Source: Candidatus Limnocylindrales bacterium
Lineage (GTDB): Bacteria > Chloroflexota > Limnocylindria > Limnocylindrales > CSP1-4
Assembly (NCBI GenBank): GCA_038327765.1
Contig: JBBQLI010000003.1
Span: 1-63,323 of the forward strand
Length of the DNA: 63,323 nt
Reading direction: 5' to 3'
The notes below the pieces were generated by a model. It saw only the letters and a list, made by a program, of their open reading frames with translations, was not told the DNA's origin and ran no database searches. Position numbers and translations under genes: made by a program. Below are positions 54,994 through 63,323 of the stretch, in pieces; positions within the stretch are counted from its first letter, which is position 1, and each line of letters starts with the position of its first letter.

Positions 54994-55350
54994 TCAGAAG
55001 AGGCGGCCACCATCCGGGACGGGCCGCTCGGGGCGGACCAGCACCACGGCGCCGTCCGCGTCTGGGAACCCCAGCGTCAGCACCTCGGAGATGACCGTGG
55101 CGATCTGGCGCGGCGGAAAGTTGATCACGGCCGCGACCTGTCGGCCGATGAGCGCGTCGGGCGAGTAGTGGACGGTGATCTGCGCCGAACTGCGCTTCAC
55201 CCCAAGCTCCGGGCCGAAATCGATCTCGAGACGGATCGCCGGCCTGCGCGCCCCCTTGAGCGGTTCGGCCGCCACGATCGTCCCCACCCGGATATCGACA
55301 CGTTCGAAGTCGTCGATCCCGATCACGGGTCGACCGCCCGCGTCGCTCAT
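54994..55350 (-). CDS. csaA: tRNA-binding (EMAP/Trbp111-fold) protein CsaA
   Basis: FERVDIRVGTIVAAEPL...LEIDFGPELGVKRSSAQIT...LIGRQVAAVINFPPRQI is the CsaA pattern. The ATG at 55350 overlaps the upstream stop (ATGA). Confidence 0.84.
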   Translation of the reverse strand: MSDAGGRPVIGIDDFERVDIRVGTIVAAEPLKGARRPAIRLEIDFGPELGVKRSSAQITVHYSPDALIGRQVAAVINFPPRQIATVISEVLTLGFPDADGAVVLVRPERPVPDGGRLF

Positions 55351-56408
55351 CGGCGTGGCTTCGGTGGTCGCTCGTTGACGAATTCGAAGCCGAAGCGCCC
55401 CTTGATGCAGAGATGGCCTTCGGTCACGGATGAGTCGAGTGGCGATGTGACCTTGAGGATCTTCTCGTCCTGGACGTGAAGCTCCACGGCGCAGCCCACA
55501 CCGCAATACGGGCAGATGGTCTCGGTCACCGTCTGCTGGGACGGATCCCACGTGCCGGCGGCGCGCATGTCGTACTCGGGCTTGGCCATCAGGGCACCCG
55601 TCGGACAGACCCCGATGCAGTTGCCGCAGTAGACGCAGGCACTCTCCGGCAGCGGGACGGCCTGTTCGGTGGAGATCCGGGCGTCGAACCCGCGCCCCGC
55701 GACCGCGATCGCGAAGGTGTTCTGGGCGTCCTCACCGCAGGCTTCGACGCACTTGTAGCAGAGGATGCAGCGCGAGTAGTCGCGGACGTAGAGGTTGTTG
55801 TCGACCTTGGTCGGCTGGGCGACGGTGGCCGCCGCCGCATCGCCACCGGGTGCGTGATGGTGACCCGCCTCGTTCGCATCCCGTTCGCCGGCCGCTGCCG
55901 GCTGAGCCGGCGGTCCGTAGCGTGTCGGATCGGCGCCGTAGCGCTGGGCGTATGCCGCCACGGAACCATCCGGCACTGCCGCACCCGCGAGCGAGATGTC
56001 CACCGACGAACCGAGGAATTCCAGGACCATCTTGCGCGACGTCCGAACGCGCTCCGAATCGGCCTGGACGTCCATCCCTGCTTCCACGGGCCGCGAGCAG
56101 GCCGGGACCAGGACACGCGATCCCGTGACTTCCACCACGCACACGCGGCAGACGTTCACTGGCGTCAGGTTCTCGGCGTAGCACAGGGTCGGGGTGTCGA
56201 TGCCCTGCTGTCGGCATGCACCGAGGATCGTCGTCCCTGCGGGGACGGTCACGGTCTCGCCGTCGATGGTGAGGGCGATCTGGGGTGGCGCCTCGACGAC
56301 CGGCGCGGCTGGCGCTCGCGATGCCCGTGCCGGCGGATCAAGCAGGATCGACGAGAGCGGCGGCGACACGGTCTCGTCGAATCGCGCGGGGCCAGGATCG
56401 TGGGTCAC
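55347..56408 (-). CDS. Formate dehydrogenase alpha, N-terminal Fe-S half only (2Fe-2S, 2x 4Fe-4S and Mo-bisPGD-type 4Fe-4S domains)
   Basis: LTIDGETVTVPAGTTILGACRQQGIDTPTLCY...CRVCVVEV (2Fe-2S). CILCYKCVEAC and CVYCGNCIGVCP (4Fe-4S). ICPYCGVGCAVEL...GHLCIKGRFGFEFV (MopB N-terminal cluster). It then stops after NERPPKPRR. The GTG at 56408 overlaps the NuoEF-like stop (GTGA). Confidence 0.85.
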   Translation of the reverse strand: MTHDPGPARFDETVSPPLSSILLDPPARASRAPAAPVVEAPPQIALTIDGETVTVPAGTTILGACRQQGIDTPTLCYAENLTPVNVCRVCVVEVTGSRVLVPACSRPVEAGMDVQADSERVRTSRKMVLEFLGSSVDISLAGAAVPDGSVAAYAQRYGADPTRYGPPAQPAAAGERDANEAGHHHAPGGDAAAATVAQPTKVDNNLYVRDYSRCILCYKCVEACGEDAQNTFAIAVAGRGFDARISTEQAVPLPESACVYCGNCIGVCPTGALMAKPEYDMRAAGTWDPSQQTVTETICPYCGVGCAVELHVQDEKILKVTSPLDSSVTEGHLCIKGRFGFEFVNERPPKPRR

Positions 56409-58255
56409 AGGGTCACCAGCTCGGGCTGTCGGAGCGCGGATTCGATGGCCGACGAGGCCGTCTGGCCCAGACCGCAGATCGAGGCGTCGCGCATCACCTG
56501 GCCGATCTCCCGGAGGAGCGCCAATTCCTCGTCCCGCGGCCGGACGCGTGAACCTGCCGCCATGCGTGCCATCAGTTCTTCCTGGCGGACCGTCCCCACC
56601 CGGCACGGGACGCACTGCCCGCAGGACTCATCGCGGAAGAACTGCGCGATCCGGCGCAAGGTCCCGACCAGATCCGCGGTCTCGTCGAAGACCATGATCA
56701 CGCCCGAACCGAGGGTCGCGCCGGTCGCACGGGTCGCTTCCATCGTGAGCGGCATGTCGAGCGCATCCGGTCCGACGAACACGCCCGCGGCACCACCGAG
56801 CAGCACGGCCTTGAGGGCACGGCCACCCGCGATGCCGCCGGCCATCTCGATCAGCTCGCCCAGAGTGGCACCGAAATCCACCTCGTACGTGCCCGGTCGT
56901 TCGACATTGCCGGACAGGCAGAAGAGTTTCGGCCCCGTCGAACCCTCGGTACCGATCCGGGCGAAGGCGTCGCCACCCATCGTCATCAGCAACGGCACGT
57001 TGACCAGCGTTTCGATGTTGTTGACGACGGTCGGCTTGCCGAACAGCCCCTTCTCGACCGGGAATGGCGGCTTGTTGCGCGGCTCGCCGCGCTTGCCCTC
57101 GATCGACTCGAAGAGCGCCGTCTCCTCGCCGCAGATATAGGCGCCCGCCCCGCGGCGAAGCTCGATATCGAAGGCGAAGTCCGAACCGGCGATGGCTGGG
57201 CCGAGCATCCCGGTCGCGCGGGCTGCAACCAGCGCCGCGGTGATGCGCATCTCGGCCTCGGGGTACTCGCCGCGCAGGTAGATGAACCCCATCGAGGATC
57301 CTGTCGCAAACGCGGCGATCGTCATCGCTTCGACGATGGCGAACGGGTCGCCCTCGATCAGGACCCGATCCTTGAAGGTCCCGGGCTCGGATTCGTCGGC
57401 GTTGCAGATGACGTAATGCGGCTGCGCGGTCTGGGCCGCGACGGCCGCCCACTTGCGACCCGTCGGGAAGGCCGCTCCGCCACGGCCCTGCAGCTTCGAC
57501 GCGCTGACTTCAGCGAGGACTGCCTCCGGGCCGATCTCGAGGGCACGGGTCAAGCCTGCGTAGCCGCCATGCGCGCGGTACTCGTCGATCGAGCCCGGGT
57601 CGACGACGCCGATGCGACCCAGCAGGCGCAGGCCCGCTTGCCGTTGCTGGCGGATCGGCTCGGAGGCTCGTGGCACGCCGCCGCCGCTCTCGAGTCGCGC
57701 CACGACCCCGGCTGCATCGACCGGCGCGATGGTCACGGTCGTTGGCCGCTCCCCGGCCGACGTGATCATCGCGGCCGGCGCCAGCTCGCACAGGCCCAGG
57801 CAGGGAGAGCGCAGCCAGGTCGTTCGGCCTTCTCCATCGGGCGTCCCAGCGATACCGCGGGCGCGTTCGAGGTCCTCGCAGATACGCTCCGCGCCAGCGA
57901 GCCGGCAGGCGATGTCGTCGCAGACGTGCGCGACGACCGGTGGTCGTGGCTTCGTTGCGTACAGGGCATAGAACGTGGCCACGCCATACGCCTCGGCAGG
58001 TGGCACGGCCAGGCGCTTGGAGATGTAGTTGAGTGCCGGCTGGCTGATCCAGCCGATCCGGGACTGGACCGCATGCAGCGCGGGCAGCAGCTGCGAGCGT
58101 CGTGCCCGGATGGCGTGCCCACCCTCGGCGGCGTGCCCATCGGTAGCGCTATCGCGTCGACCGCCGACCCAGCCGGACTCGGGCTGACCGAGGACCGCGT
58201 CCACCGCGGCCCGTTCGGCCGTTGATGCAAGCGGCCCGATGACGTGCAGATCCAT
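56405..58255 (-). CDS. NuoE-NuoF-like fusion: NAD(H)-binding FMN/Fe-S diaphorase subunit of formate dehydrogenase
   Basis: NuoE-like 2Fe-2S: VCDDIACRL...SPCLGLCELAP. NuoF motifs: GRGGAAFPTGRKW, ICNADESEPGTFKDR and ESCGQCVPCRVG. The start is the ATG at 58255 or the GTG at 58294. Confidence 0.88.
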   Translation of the reverse strand: MDLHVIGPLASTAERAAVDAVLGQPESGWVGGRRDSATDGHAAEGGHAIRARRSQLLPALHAVQSRIGWISQPALNYISKRLAVPPAEAYGVATFYALYATKPRPPVVAHVCDDIACRLAGAERICEDLERARGIAGTPDGEGRTTWLRSPCLGLCELAPAAMITSAGERPTTVTIAPVDAAGVVARLESGGGVPRASEPIRQQRQAGLRLLGRIGVVDPGSIDEYRAHGGYAGLTRALEIGPEAVLAEVSASKLQGRGGAAFPTGRKWAAVAAQTAQPHYVICNADESEPGTFKDRVLIEGDPFAIVEAMTIAAFATGSSMGFIYLRGEYPEAEMRITAALVAARATGMLGPAIAGSDFAFDIELRRGAGAYICGEETALFESIEGKRGEPRNKPPFPVEKGLFGKPTVVNNIETLVNVPLLMTMGGDAFARIGTEGSTGPKLFCLSGNVERPGTYEVDFGATLGELIEMAGGIAGGRALKAVLLGGAAGVFVGPDALDMPLTMEATRATGATLGSGVIMVFDETADLVGTLRRIAQFFRDESCGQCVPCRVGTVRQEELMARMAAGSRVRPRDEELALLREIGQVMRDASICGLGQTASSAIESALRQPELVTL

Positions 58256-58320
58256 GGTCACCGAGTGTAGCGACGCGGTGACCGAGCCGGGCACATCGTC
58301 CCGGGGCGGCGCGGTGGAAG

Positions 58321-58340
58321 CGTGTGCTACCGTGTGCTAC
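58321..58340 (+). promoter_or_regulatory. Perfect tandem 10-bp direct repeat abutting the vapB start; candidate antitoxin operator
   Basis: CGTGTGCTAC CGTGTGCTAC lies immediately 5' of the ATG at 58341, in the divergent region between the diaphorase gene and vapB. Confidence 0.3.
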
Positions 58341-58649
58341 ATGAGCGAAATGGCGCACCGGCCGGCGCGCGTCGGGGTACGCGAGCTACGCCAGAACCTC
58401 AGCGTCTACCTGGAGCGCGTCAAGGCGGGTGAGACGCTCGAGGTGACCGACCACGGGCAGCCCGTCGCGCGCCTGGATCCGATCCCTGTGGAACCGATGT
58501 CGATCATCGACCAGATGATCGCGGATGGTCGCGCGACGGCAGCCACCTTCGACCACCGGCTCATCCCGCCGCCGCTGCCGAACCCTGACCCCGACGGGCC
58601 TACGCTCACCGAGATCCTGCTCCAGATGCGCGACGAGGATGACCGGTGA
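58341..58649 (+). CDS. vapB: Phd/YefM-type antitoxin (VapB)
   Basis: RVGVRELRQNLSVYLERVKAGETLEVTDHGQPVARLDP is the typical antitoxin N-terminus. Its stop overlaps the vapC GTG (GTGA). Confidence 0.8.
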   Translation: MSEMAHRPARVGVRELRQNLSVYLERVKAGETLEVTDHGQPVARLDPIPVEPMSIIDQMIADGRATAATFDHRLIPPPLPNPDPDGPTLTEILLQMRDEDDR

Positions 58650-59035
58650 AACTGGCCTACGTCGATTCGTCGGCGCTCGCGAAACTCATCCTTGACGAAG
58701 CCGATGCCAGCGCGATGCGTCGCTGGTATGTCGAGGCAGAGCAGGTCGCGTGCAGCGTCGTGGGCACCATCGAAACCCGGCGAGCGGTCGCCCGAAAGGT
58801 CGACGCTCCTGATCGTGTGGATCTGATCCTTCGTTCGGTGATCCGGCTCGACATCGACGCCGGCATCGCCAGGGTCGCGGCTGCGCTGCCGCCGTTGGCT
58901 CTGCGGACGCTTGATGCGATCCATCTCGCGTCGGCGCTTACATTGATCAGCGAACTCGACGCATTCGTGACCTATGACGACCGGCTCGCTGCCGCGGCGC
59001 GAACCGTCGGTCTCCCGGTCATCCGGCCGGCCTGA
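58646..59035 (+). CDS. vapC: PIN-domain toxin VapC
   Basis: MKLAYVDSSALAKLIL...TLDAIHLASAL...DAFVTYDDRL contains the PIN acidic residues. Confidence 0.85.
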   Translation: MKLAYVDSSALAKLILDEADASAMRRWYVEAEQVACSVVGTIETRRAVARKVDAPDRVDLILRSVIRLDIDAGIARVAAALPPLALRTLDAIHLASALTLISELDAFVTYDDRLAAAARTVGLPVIRPA

Positions 59036-59037
59036 CC

Positions 59038-59445
59038 ATGCCGACCGATGCCGAGCGAGCGATCGAGCTGTTCGAGATCGCGGGCGATCACGATTCGGCC
59101 GGCCGCGAGACCGATGCCGAAGGCCCGTATCGGGAGGCGATCGCACTCGGGCTGCCGCCGGACCTTGACGTGCGCGCCCATATCCAGCTCGCCAGCACGC
59201 TGCGCAATCTCGAACGGTTCGACGAGGCGGTCGCGATCCTGCGCGAGGTCACGGCGGCTCACCCGGAGCACCGCGCCGCACGGATGTTCCTCTCGCTGGC
59301 GCTGGTCAGCGACGGGCAGGGCGCCGCGGCCGTGCACGAATTGCTTGACGTGCTTCTGACGAACCCCGGACCGCCCGAGCGCTATGCGCGGTCCCTGCGC
59401 TGGTACGCCGACGACCTCGTCGGCAAGGTGTCGGGGGAGGACTAG
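59038..59445 (+). CDS. Small tetratricopeptide-repeat protein
   Basis: TPR-like helices: AERAIELFEIAGDHDSAGRETDAEGPYREAIALG and ASTLRNLERFDEAVAILREVTAAHPEH. Confidence 0.62.
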   Translation: MPTDAERAIELFEIAGDHDSAGRETDAEGPYREAIALGLPPDLDVRAHIQLASTLRNLERFDEAVAILREVTAAHPEHRAARMFLSLALVSDGQGAAAVHELLDVLLTNPGPPERYARSLRWYADDLVGKVSGED

Positions 59446-59762
59446 GCGCCGGGCGCCCGATAGGTCGGGTGCAGCTTGACTGCGTCGTCGATGTCCTCGG
59501 CCGTCAGGAGCACGACCGTACTGATCGAGACGCTCCCAGCGGCGCCGGTGGTGGCCGCGAGGGCTGCCGCAGCCGCCTGGCTCGGCAGGTCCGCGAGGAC
59601 GTAGAAATCGTCCGTGCCGAACGCCCAGTACATCTCGTCGACGTGCCCACCAAGGCTCTTGGCGAGCGCATCGACCGCCTTGCGTCGACCGGTGCCGCCG
59701 TCCTTCAGGACGCCCTGGATACCGGCCTGGGTATACGAACCGTGGAACAGGTACTTCGCCAT
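59442..59762 (-). CDS. GYD-domain protein
   Basis: MAKYLFHGSYTQAGIQGVLKDGGTGRRKAVDALAKSLGGHVDEMYWAFGTDDFYVLADLP is the GYD-family pattern. Confidence 0.8.
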   Translation of the reverse strand: MAKYLFHGSYTQAGIQGVLKDGGTGRRKAVDALAKSLGGHVDEMYWAFGTDDFYVLADLPSQAAAAALAATTGAAGSVSISTVVLLTAEDIDDAVKLHPTYRAPGA

Positions 59763-59858
59763 CGCGCGCGCCTCCAATGGGTGTCGGGATCGACCGCTGG
59801 CACGCATCGTGGCACTGACCTGCGCCGCCGACAAGGACGTTGCGGAACTGACATCGGG

Positions 59859-61772
59859 TCAGGTCGTGAGGGGCTCCCCGAGCTTCTCGATACGGATGGC
59901 CGTGGCTTTGAATTCGGCCGTGCCGGACTTCGGGTCGGTGGCGTCGATCGTGAGCAGATTGACGGCCACCTCGTCCTGGAAGTGCATCGTCATGAAGGTC
60001 AATCCGGGCCGCAGTGACGGATCGGTCCGGACCCCGACCTCCACCTGCCCGCGCCGCGACACGACCCGGACGACCTCGCCCTCGGCCAGAGCGAACCGCG
60101 CGACATCCTCGGGCGACATGTCCAGCGACTCGCCGCGGCGCAGCGGGGAGGTGTAGCCGGCGGTCTGGACGCCCGTGTTGTACGAGTCGAGCCGACGGCC
60201 CGTGGTGAGCCGGATCGGGAAGTCCGCATCGAGCTTGTCGACGGGCGGGTCGTGGTCGACCGGCACGAACGGCACACGGTTGCCGGGCAGCGGGTCTTCC
60301 CACAGCCGGCTGTGCAGGTACAGCTCGCCCGGGTGGGTCTCGTCCCAGCATGGCCACTGGAGACCGCCCTCGTTCGCGAGGCGCGCGTAGCTCATCCCGG
60401 CATGGACCGGGGACAGGCGCCGGACCTCGTTCCAGACCGTCTCCGGATCCGGCTCGCCCCACGCCCCGCCCATCCGGTTGGCCAGCTCGAAGATGATCGC
60501 GAGATCGTCGCGGGCGCCGTCCGGCGGAGCGACGGCCTTGCGGACGCGTTGGACCCGTCGCTCTGAGTTGGTGACGGTGCCCTCGCTCTCGGCCCAGGCC
60601 GCCGTGGCCGGGAAGACGACGTCGGCGAGCTCCGCGGTCTTCGTCAGGAACAGATCCTGGACCACCAGGAAGTCGAGGCCCTGCAGCAGGTGGATCGCCT
60701 TCTTCTGGTCCGCCTCCGACTGGACCGGGTTCTCGCCGATGCAATAGACCGCGGTCAGGTCGCCGCGCTCCATCGCCTCGAACATCCCGGATAGGTGCCA
60801 GCCGCGCTTGGGCGGGACGGTCACACCCCATTCAGCATCGAAGCGGGCGCGGATCGCATCGTTCTCGACGTGCTGGAACCCGACGAGCCGATCGGGGAGG
60901 GCGCCCATGTCGCCGCCACCCTGGACGTTGTTCTGGCCCCGGAGCGGATTGACGCCACTCCCATAGCGACCGATATGTCCGGTGAGCAGGACCAGCGAGA
61001 TGAGCGCCAGGACGTTGTCGACCGCGTTGTGGTGCTCGGTGATGCCAAGGGTCCAGCAGATCATCGCGCGCGGAGCTGTCGCGAACGCATGGGCGAGGTC
61101 GCGGATCGCCGCGGCGGGCACCCCGGTCTCGCGCTCCGCGTATTCGAGGGTGTACGACTCGACCTTGGTCTTGTACGCCTCGAACCCCTCGGTCGAGTGC
61201 TCGATGAATGCCTTGTGGTGGAGGTCGGCCGCGATGATCTCGCGCGCCATCGCGTTGGCCAGGGCGATGTCGGAGCCGACATCGAGACCCAGCCAGCCAT
61301 CGGCCCATTCCGCGGACGAGGTCCGGCGCGGGTCGATCGCGTAGAGCTTCGCGCCCTTGTTGACGGCCTTGAGGACGCGATGGAAGAAGATCGGATGTGT
61401 CTCACGGGCATTGCTGCCCCAGAGGACGATCAGATCGGTGTCCTCGACCTCACGGTATGAACTTGTGCCACCACCGGCACCGAACACGGTCGCCAGACCG
61501 GCGACACTCGGGGCGTGTCAGGTGCGGTTGCAGCTGTCGATGTTGTTGCTGCCCAGGATCGTCCGGCTGAACTTCTGTGCCGCGAAGTTGACCTCGTTGG
61601 TCGCCTTGCTGCAGCTGAAGGTGCCGAAGGTCGTCGGGCCGTGGGCGGCCTTCGCCGCCCGGAACCCGGCGACCGTTCGATCGAGCGCCTCGTCCCAGGT
61701 CGCGGGACGCAGCTCGCCGTCCTTCGTGTCGCGCACGAGAGGCTGGGTCAGTCGCATGTAGGGTTTCGCCAC
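59859..61772 (-). CDS. fdhA: Formate dehydrogenase alpha, catalytic Mo/W-bisPGD half, selenocysteine-containing (TGA at 61518-61520 read as Sec)
   Basis: ORFs 61518-61772 and 59859-61487 are in the same frame. The joined product reads ...GSNNIDSCNRT-U-HAPSVAGLATVFGAGGG..., parallel to E. coli FdhF ...CCARV-U-HGPSVAGL. Other MopB motifs are present (NPLRGQNNVQGGGDMGALP; GENPVQSEAD). It has its own GTG start at 61772, 7 nt after AGGAGG (61780-61785). Confidence 0.85.
61489..61505 (-). other. Bacterial SECIS-like hairpin downstream of the fdhA UGA
   Basis: On the minus strand: UGA, 12 nt, then GUCGCC-GGUCU-GGCGAC (6-bp stem). GGU CUG occupies codons +7/+8 after UGA, the same offset as the GGUCUG apical loop of the E. 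coli fdhF SECIS. Confidence 0.6.
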
Positions 61773-61829
61773 TCGATGGCCTCCTGCGAAAGCGATGACC
61801 CGTCGAGTGTACCGCTCCCTAGCGTCGCC

Positions 61830-62954
61830 CTAGCGCACGGCCTCGCGGACTGCGTCGATGACCTGGTCGAGCTGGTCCTCGAGTCCCAGCCACAGGGGCA
61901 GCCGGACGAGCCGCTCGCTCAGGTCGTCGGTCCGCGCCATGTCGCCGACCGCCCGGCCGGCCGATCGCCCGAACGGCGACGAATGGAGCGGCACGTAATG
62001 GAACACCGGATGGATGTCGCGCGCCTTGAGGCGCTCGATGAACGCGCTCCGCGCCTCGAGGCTCTCGAGCAACAGGTAGTAGAGATGGCCGTTGTGGACG
62101 ACGTCGTCGGGGATGATCGGCCGCCGGACGCGCCCGGTCGCCTCGAGGTCGGCGAACGCGGCGTGGTACCGCTCCCACATCTCGAGCCGCCGGCGCGTGA
62201 TGGCCTCCGCCTGCTCGAGCTGGGCCCACAGGAACGCCGCCACGACCTCGCCCGGCAGGTACGACGACCCGAGGTCGACCCACGTGTACTTGTCGACCTG
62301 GCCGCGGAAGAACTGGCTGCGGTTCGTGCCCTTCTCCCAGATGATCTCGGCGCGCTCGACGAAGCGCGGGTCGTCGAGCAGCAGCGCGCCGCCCTCACCG
62401 GAGATGATGTTCTTCGTCTCGTGGAACGACAGGGCGGCCATGTGCCCGATGCCGCCGAGCGGCCGACCGCGATAGGTCGACATGAGGCCCTGCGCCGCAT
62501 CCTCGATGACGAGGAGCTCGTGGCGCGCGGCGAGGTCCATGATCGTGTCCATCTCGGACGCGACACCGGCGTAGTGGACGGGCACGATCGCCCGGGTCCG
62601 TGGCGTGATGGCCGCCTCGAGCCGCGTCTCGTCGATGTTCAGGGTGTCCGGACGGATGTCGACGAAGACGGGCGTCGCGCCGCGCAACGCAAAGGCGTTC
62701 GCCGTCGACACGAACGTGAACGAGGGCATGATGACCTCGTCGCCCGGTCCGACGCCGCTGAGGATGGCCGCGATCTCGAGCGCGCCGGTGCACGAGTGCG
62801 TGAGCAGGGCCTTGTCGATCCCGAGGCGCGCCTCGAGCCAGGCACAGCACGCCTTCGAGAACTGACCGTTGCCCGCGAGATGGCCGTTGGCATGTGCCTG
62901 TTCGATGTACCCGAGCTCGTTGCCGGTGAGGTACGGCTTGTTGAACGGGATCAC
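61830..62954 (-). CDS. DegT/DnrJ/EryC1/WecE-type PLP-dependent sugar aminotransferase (dTDP-4-amino-4,6-dideoxyhexose type)
   Basis: IPFNKPYLTGNELGYIEQA..., SCTGALEIAA, PSFTFVSTANAF and the FHETKNI lysine motif. The GTG at 62954 overlaps the upstream stop (GTGA). The ORF-track N-terminal extension is Arg/Pro-rich and implausible. Confidence 0.86.
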   Translation of the reverse strand: MIPFNKPYLTGNELGYIEQAHANGHLAGNGQFSKACCAWLEARLGIDKALLTHSCTGALEIAAILSGVGPGDEVIMPSFTFVSTANAFALRGATPVFVDIRPDTLNIDETRLEAAITPRTRAIVPVHYAGVASEMDTIMDLAARHELLVIEDAAQGLMSTYRGRPLGGIGHMAALSFHETKNIISGEGGALLLDDPRFVERAEIIWEKGTNRSQFFRGQVDKYTWVDLGSSYLPGEVVAAFLWAQLEQAEAITRRRLEMWERYHAAFADLEATGRVRRPIIPDDVVHNGHLYYLLLESLEARSAFIERLKARDIHPVFHYVPLHSSPFGRSAGRAVGDMARTDDLSERLVRLPLWLGLEDQLDQVIDAVREAVR

Positions 62955-63323
62955 GTGTCGGCCTCGGCGGGTTCGCGCTTGCGGCCGACCAGCAGGCGCG
63001 AGCCGCCGGCAGGCAGGGACACCCCGCGCTCGATCAGCCGGCGCTCCAGGCCCATGACGGCGCCGAGCACGGCATTCACCGCACGGGGCTGCCGGAGGTC
63101 GGCGATCGCGTCGAACGTGGCGTCGTCCTCGCGGCCGCGCATCCGCAGGCGCGAGGCGACCAGCATCGGCAGGAGCAGCGACACGAACGAGGTCGTGCGC
63201 AGGATCTCGAAGCCGGCCGCCTCGACCCGGGAGACCAGACCGCGGGCCGTGTACCGACGGACATGGTGCGCGTGCGTGTCCTGGGCACTCCACAGGGAGG
63301 GATGCTGCGGCACGCTCACGAGC
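62951..63323 (-). CDS. C-terminal part of a SAM-dependent methyltransferase-like protein (5' end outside the window)
   Basis: The open frame runs to the window edge. HVRRYTARGLVSRVEAAGFEILRTTSF resembles the C-terminal part of class I methyltransferases found in sugar-modification clusters. Confidence 0.6.
   Translation of the reverse strand, partial: LVSVPQHPSLWSAQDTHAHHVRRYTARGLVSRVEAAGFEILRTTSFVSLLLPMLVASRLRMRGREDDATFDAIADLRQPRAVNAVLGAVMGLERRLIERGVSLPAGGSRLLVGRKREPAEADT

Noticed and set aside
1-63323. Mobile elements, prophage, integrons, CRISPR-Cas, or defence systems other than the two VapBC modules
   Set aside because: No integrase, transposase, recombinase, phage structural gene, Cas, restriction-modification gene or reverse transcriptase signature was seen in any frame. 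No terminal inverted repeats or tRNA-flanked islands were seen either.

Overview
Very GC-rich chromosomal segment (codon position 3 is almost always G/C), of the high-GC Gram-positive or Chloroflexi type. It is densely coding on both strands, with about 64 supportable CDS. I recognised no rRNA, tRNA, CRISPR array, transposase, integrase or prophage genes. Many starts were fixed using ATGA/GTGA start-stop overlaps and Shine-Dalgarno boxes rather than the longest ORF.

Content by region:
- 0-12 kb: a MarR regulator, an ECF sigma/anti-sigma pair and a secreted repeat protein. There is also a 1603-aa lipoprotein-anchored RHS/YD-repeat protein whose region after the DPxGL core is a ~570-aa vWD-like domain plus two PPC-like repeats, not a small toxin. 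An ABC-2 exporter is preceded by a translationally coupled 65-codon ORF.
- 12-31 kb: a MarR-ClC operon with a divergent MarR, a second ECF sigma/anti-sigma pair and a VapBC module. Also two orphan Flp-type pilin genes (one with a long Pro/Thr/Lys tail), several Pro/Thr-linker lipoproteins, two GT-C-like membrane proteins, a TMEM175-type channel, CapA, a DEAD-box helicase and a polysaccharide deacetylase.
- 31-48 kb: tandem GH16-like paralogues, a secreted protein with a probable ATC start and a GMC oxidoreductase. An envelope-glycan-style cluster follows: DUF2723 GT-C, DUF2079, GT2-DUF2064 fusion, epimerase, DoxX, methyltransferase and a Cys-less TusA-like/radical SAM fusion.
- 48-53 kb: housekeeping and DNA-repair genes.
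- 53-62 kb: an NAD-type formate dehydrogenase locus, which is the strongest finding. The catalytic subunit carries an in-frame TGA at the canonical selenocysteine position, followed by an fdhF-like SECIS hairpin. The subunit is split into two independent cistrons exactly at the Fe-S / Mo-bisPGD junction. The two halves are permuted and separated by a VapBC module, a TPR gene and a GYD gene.
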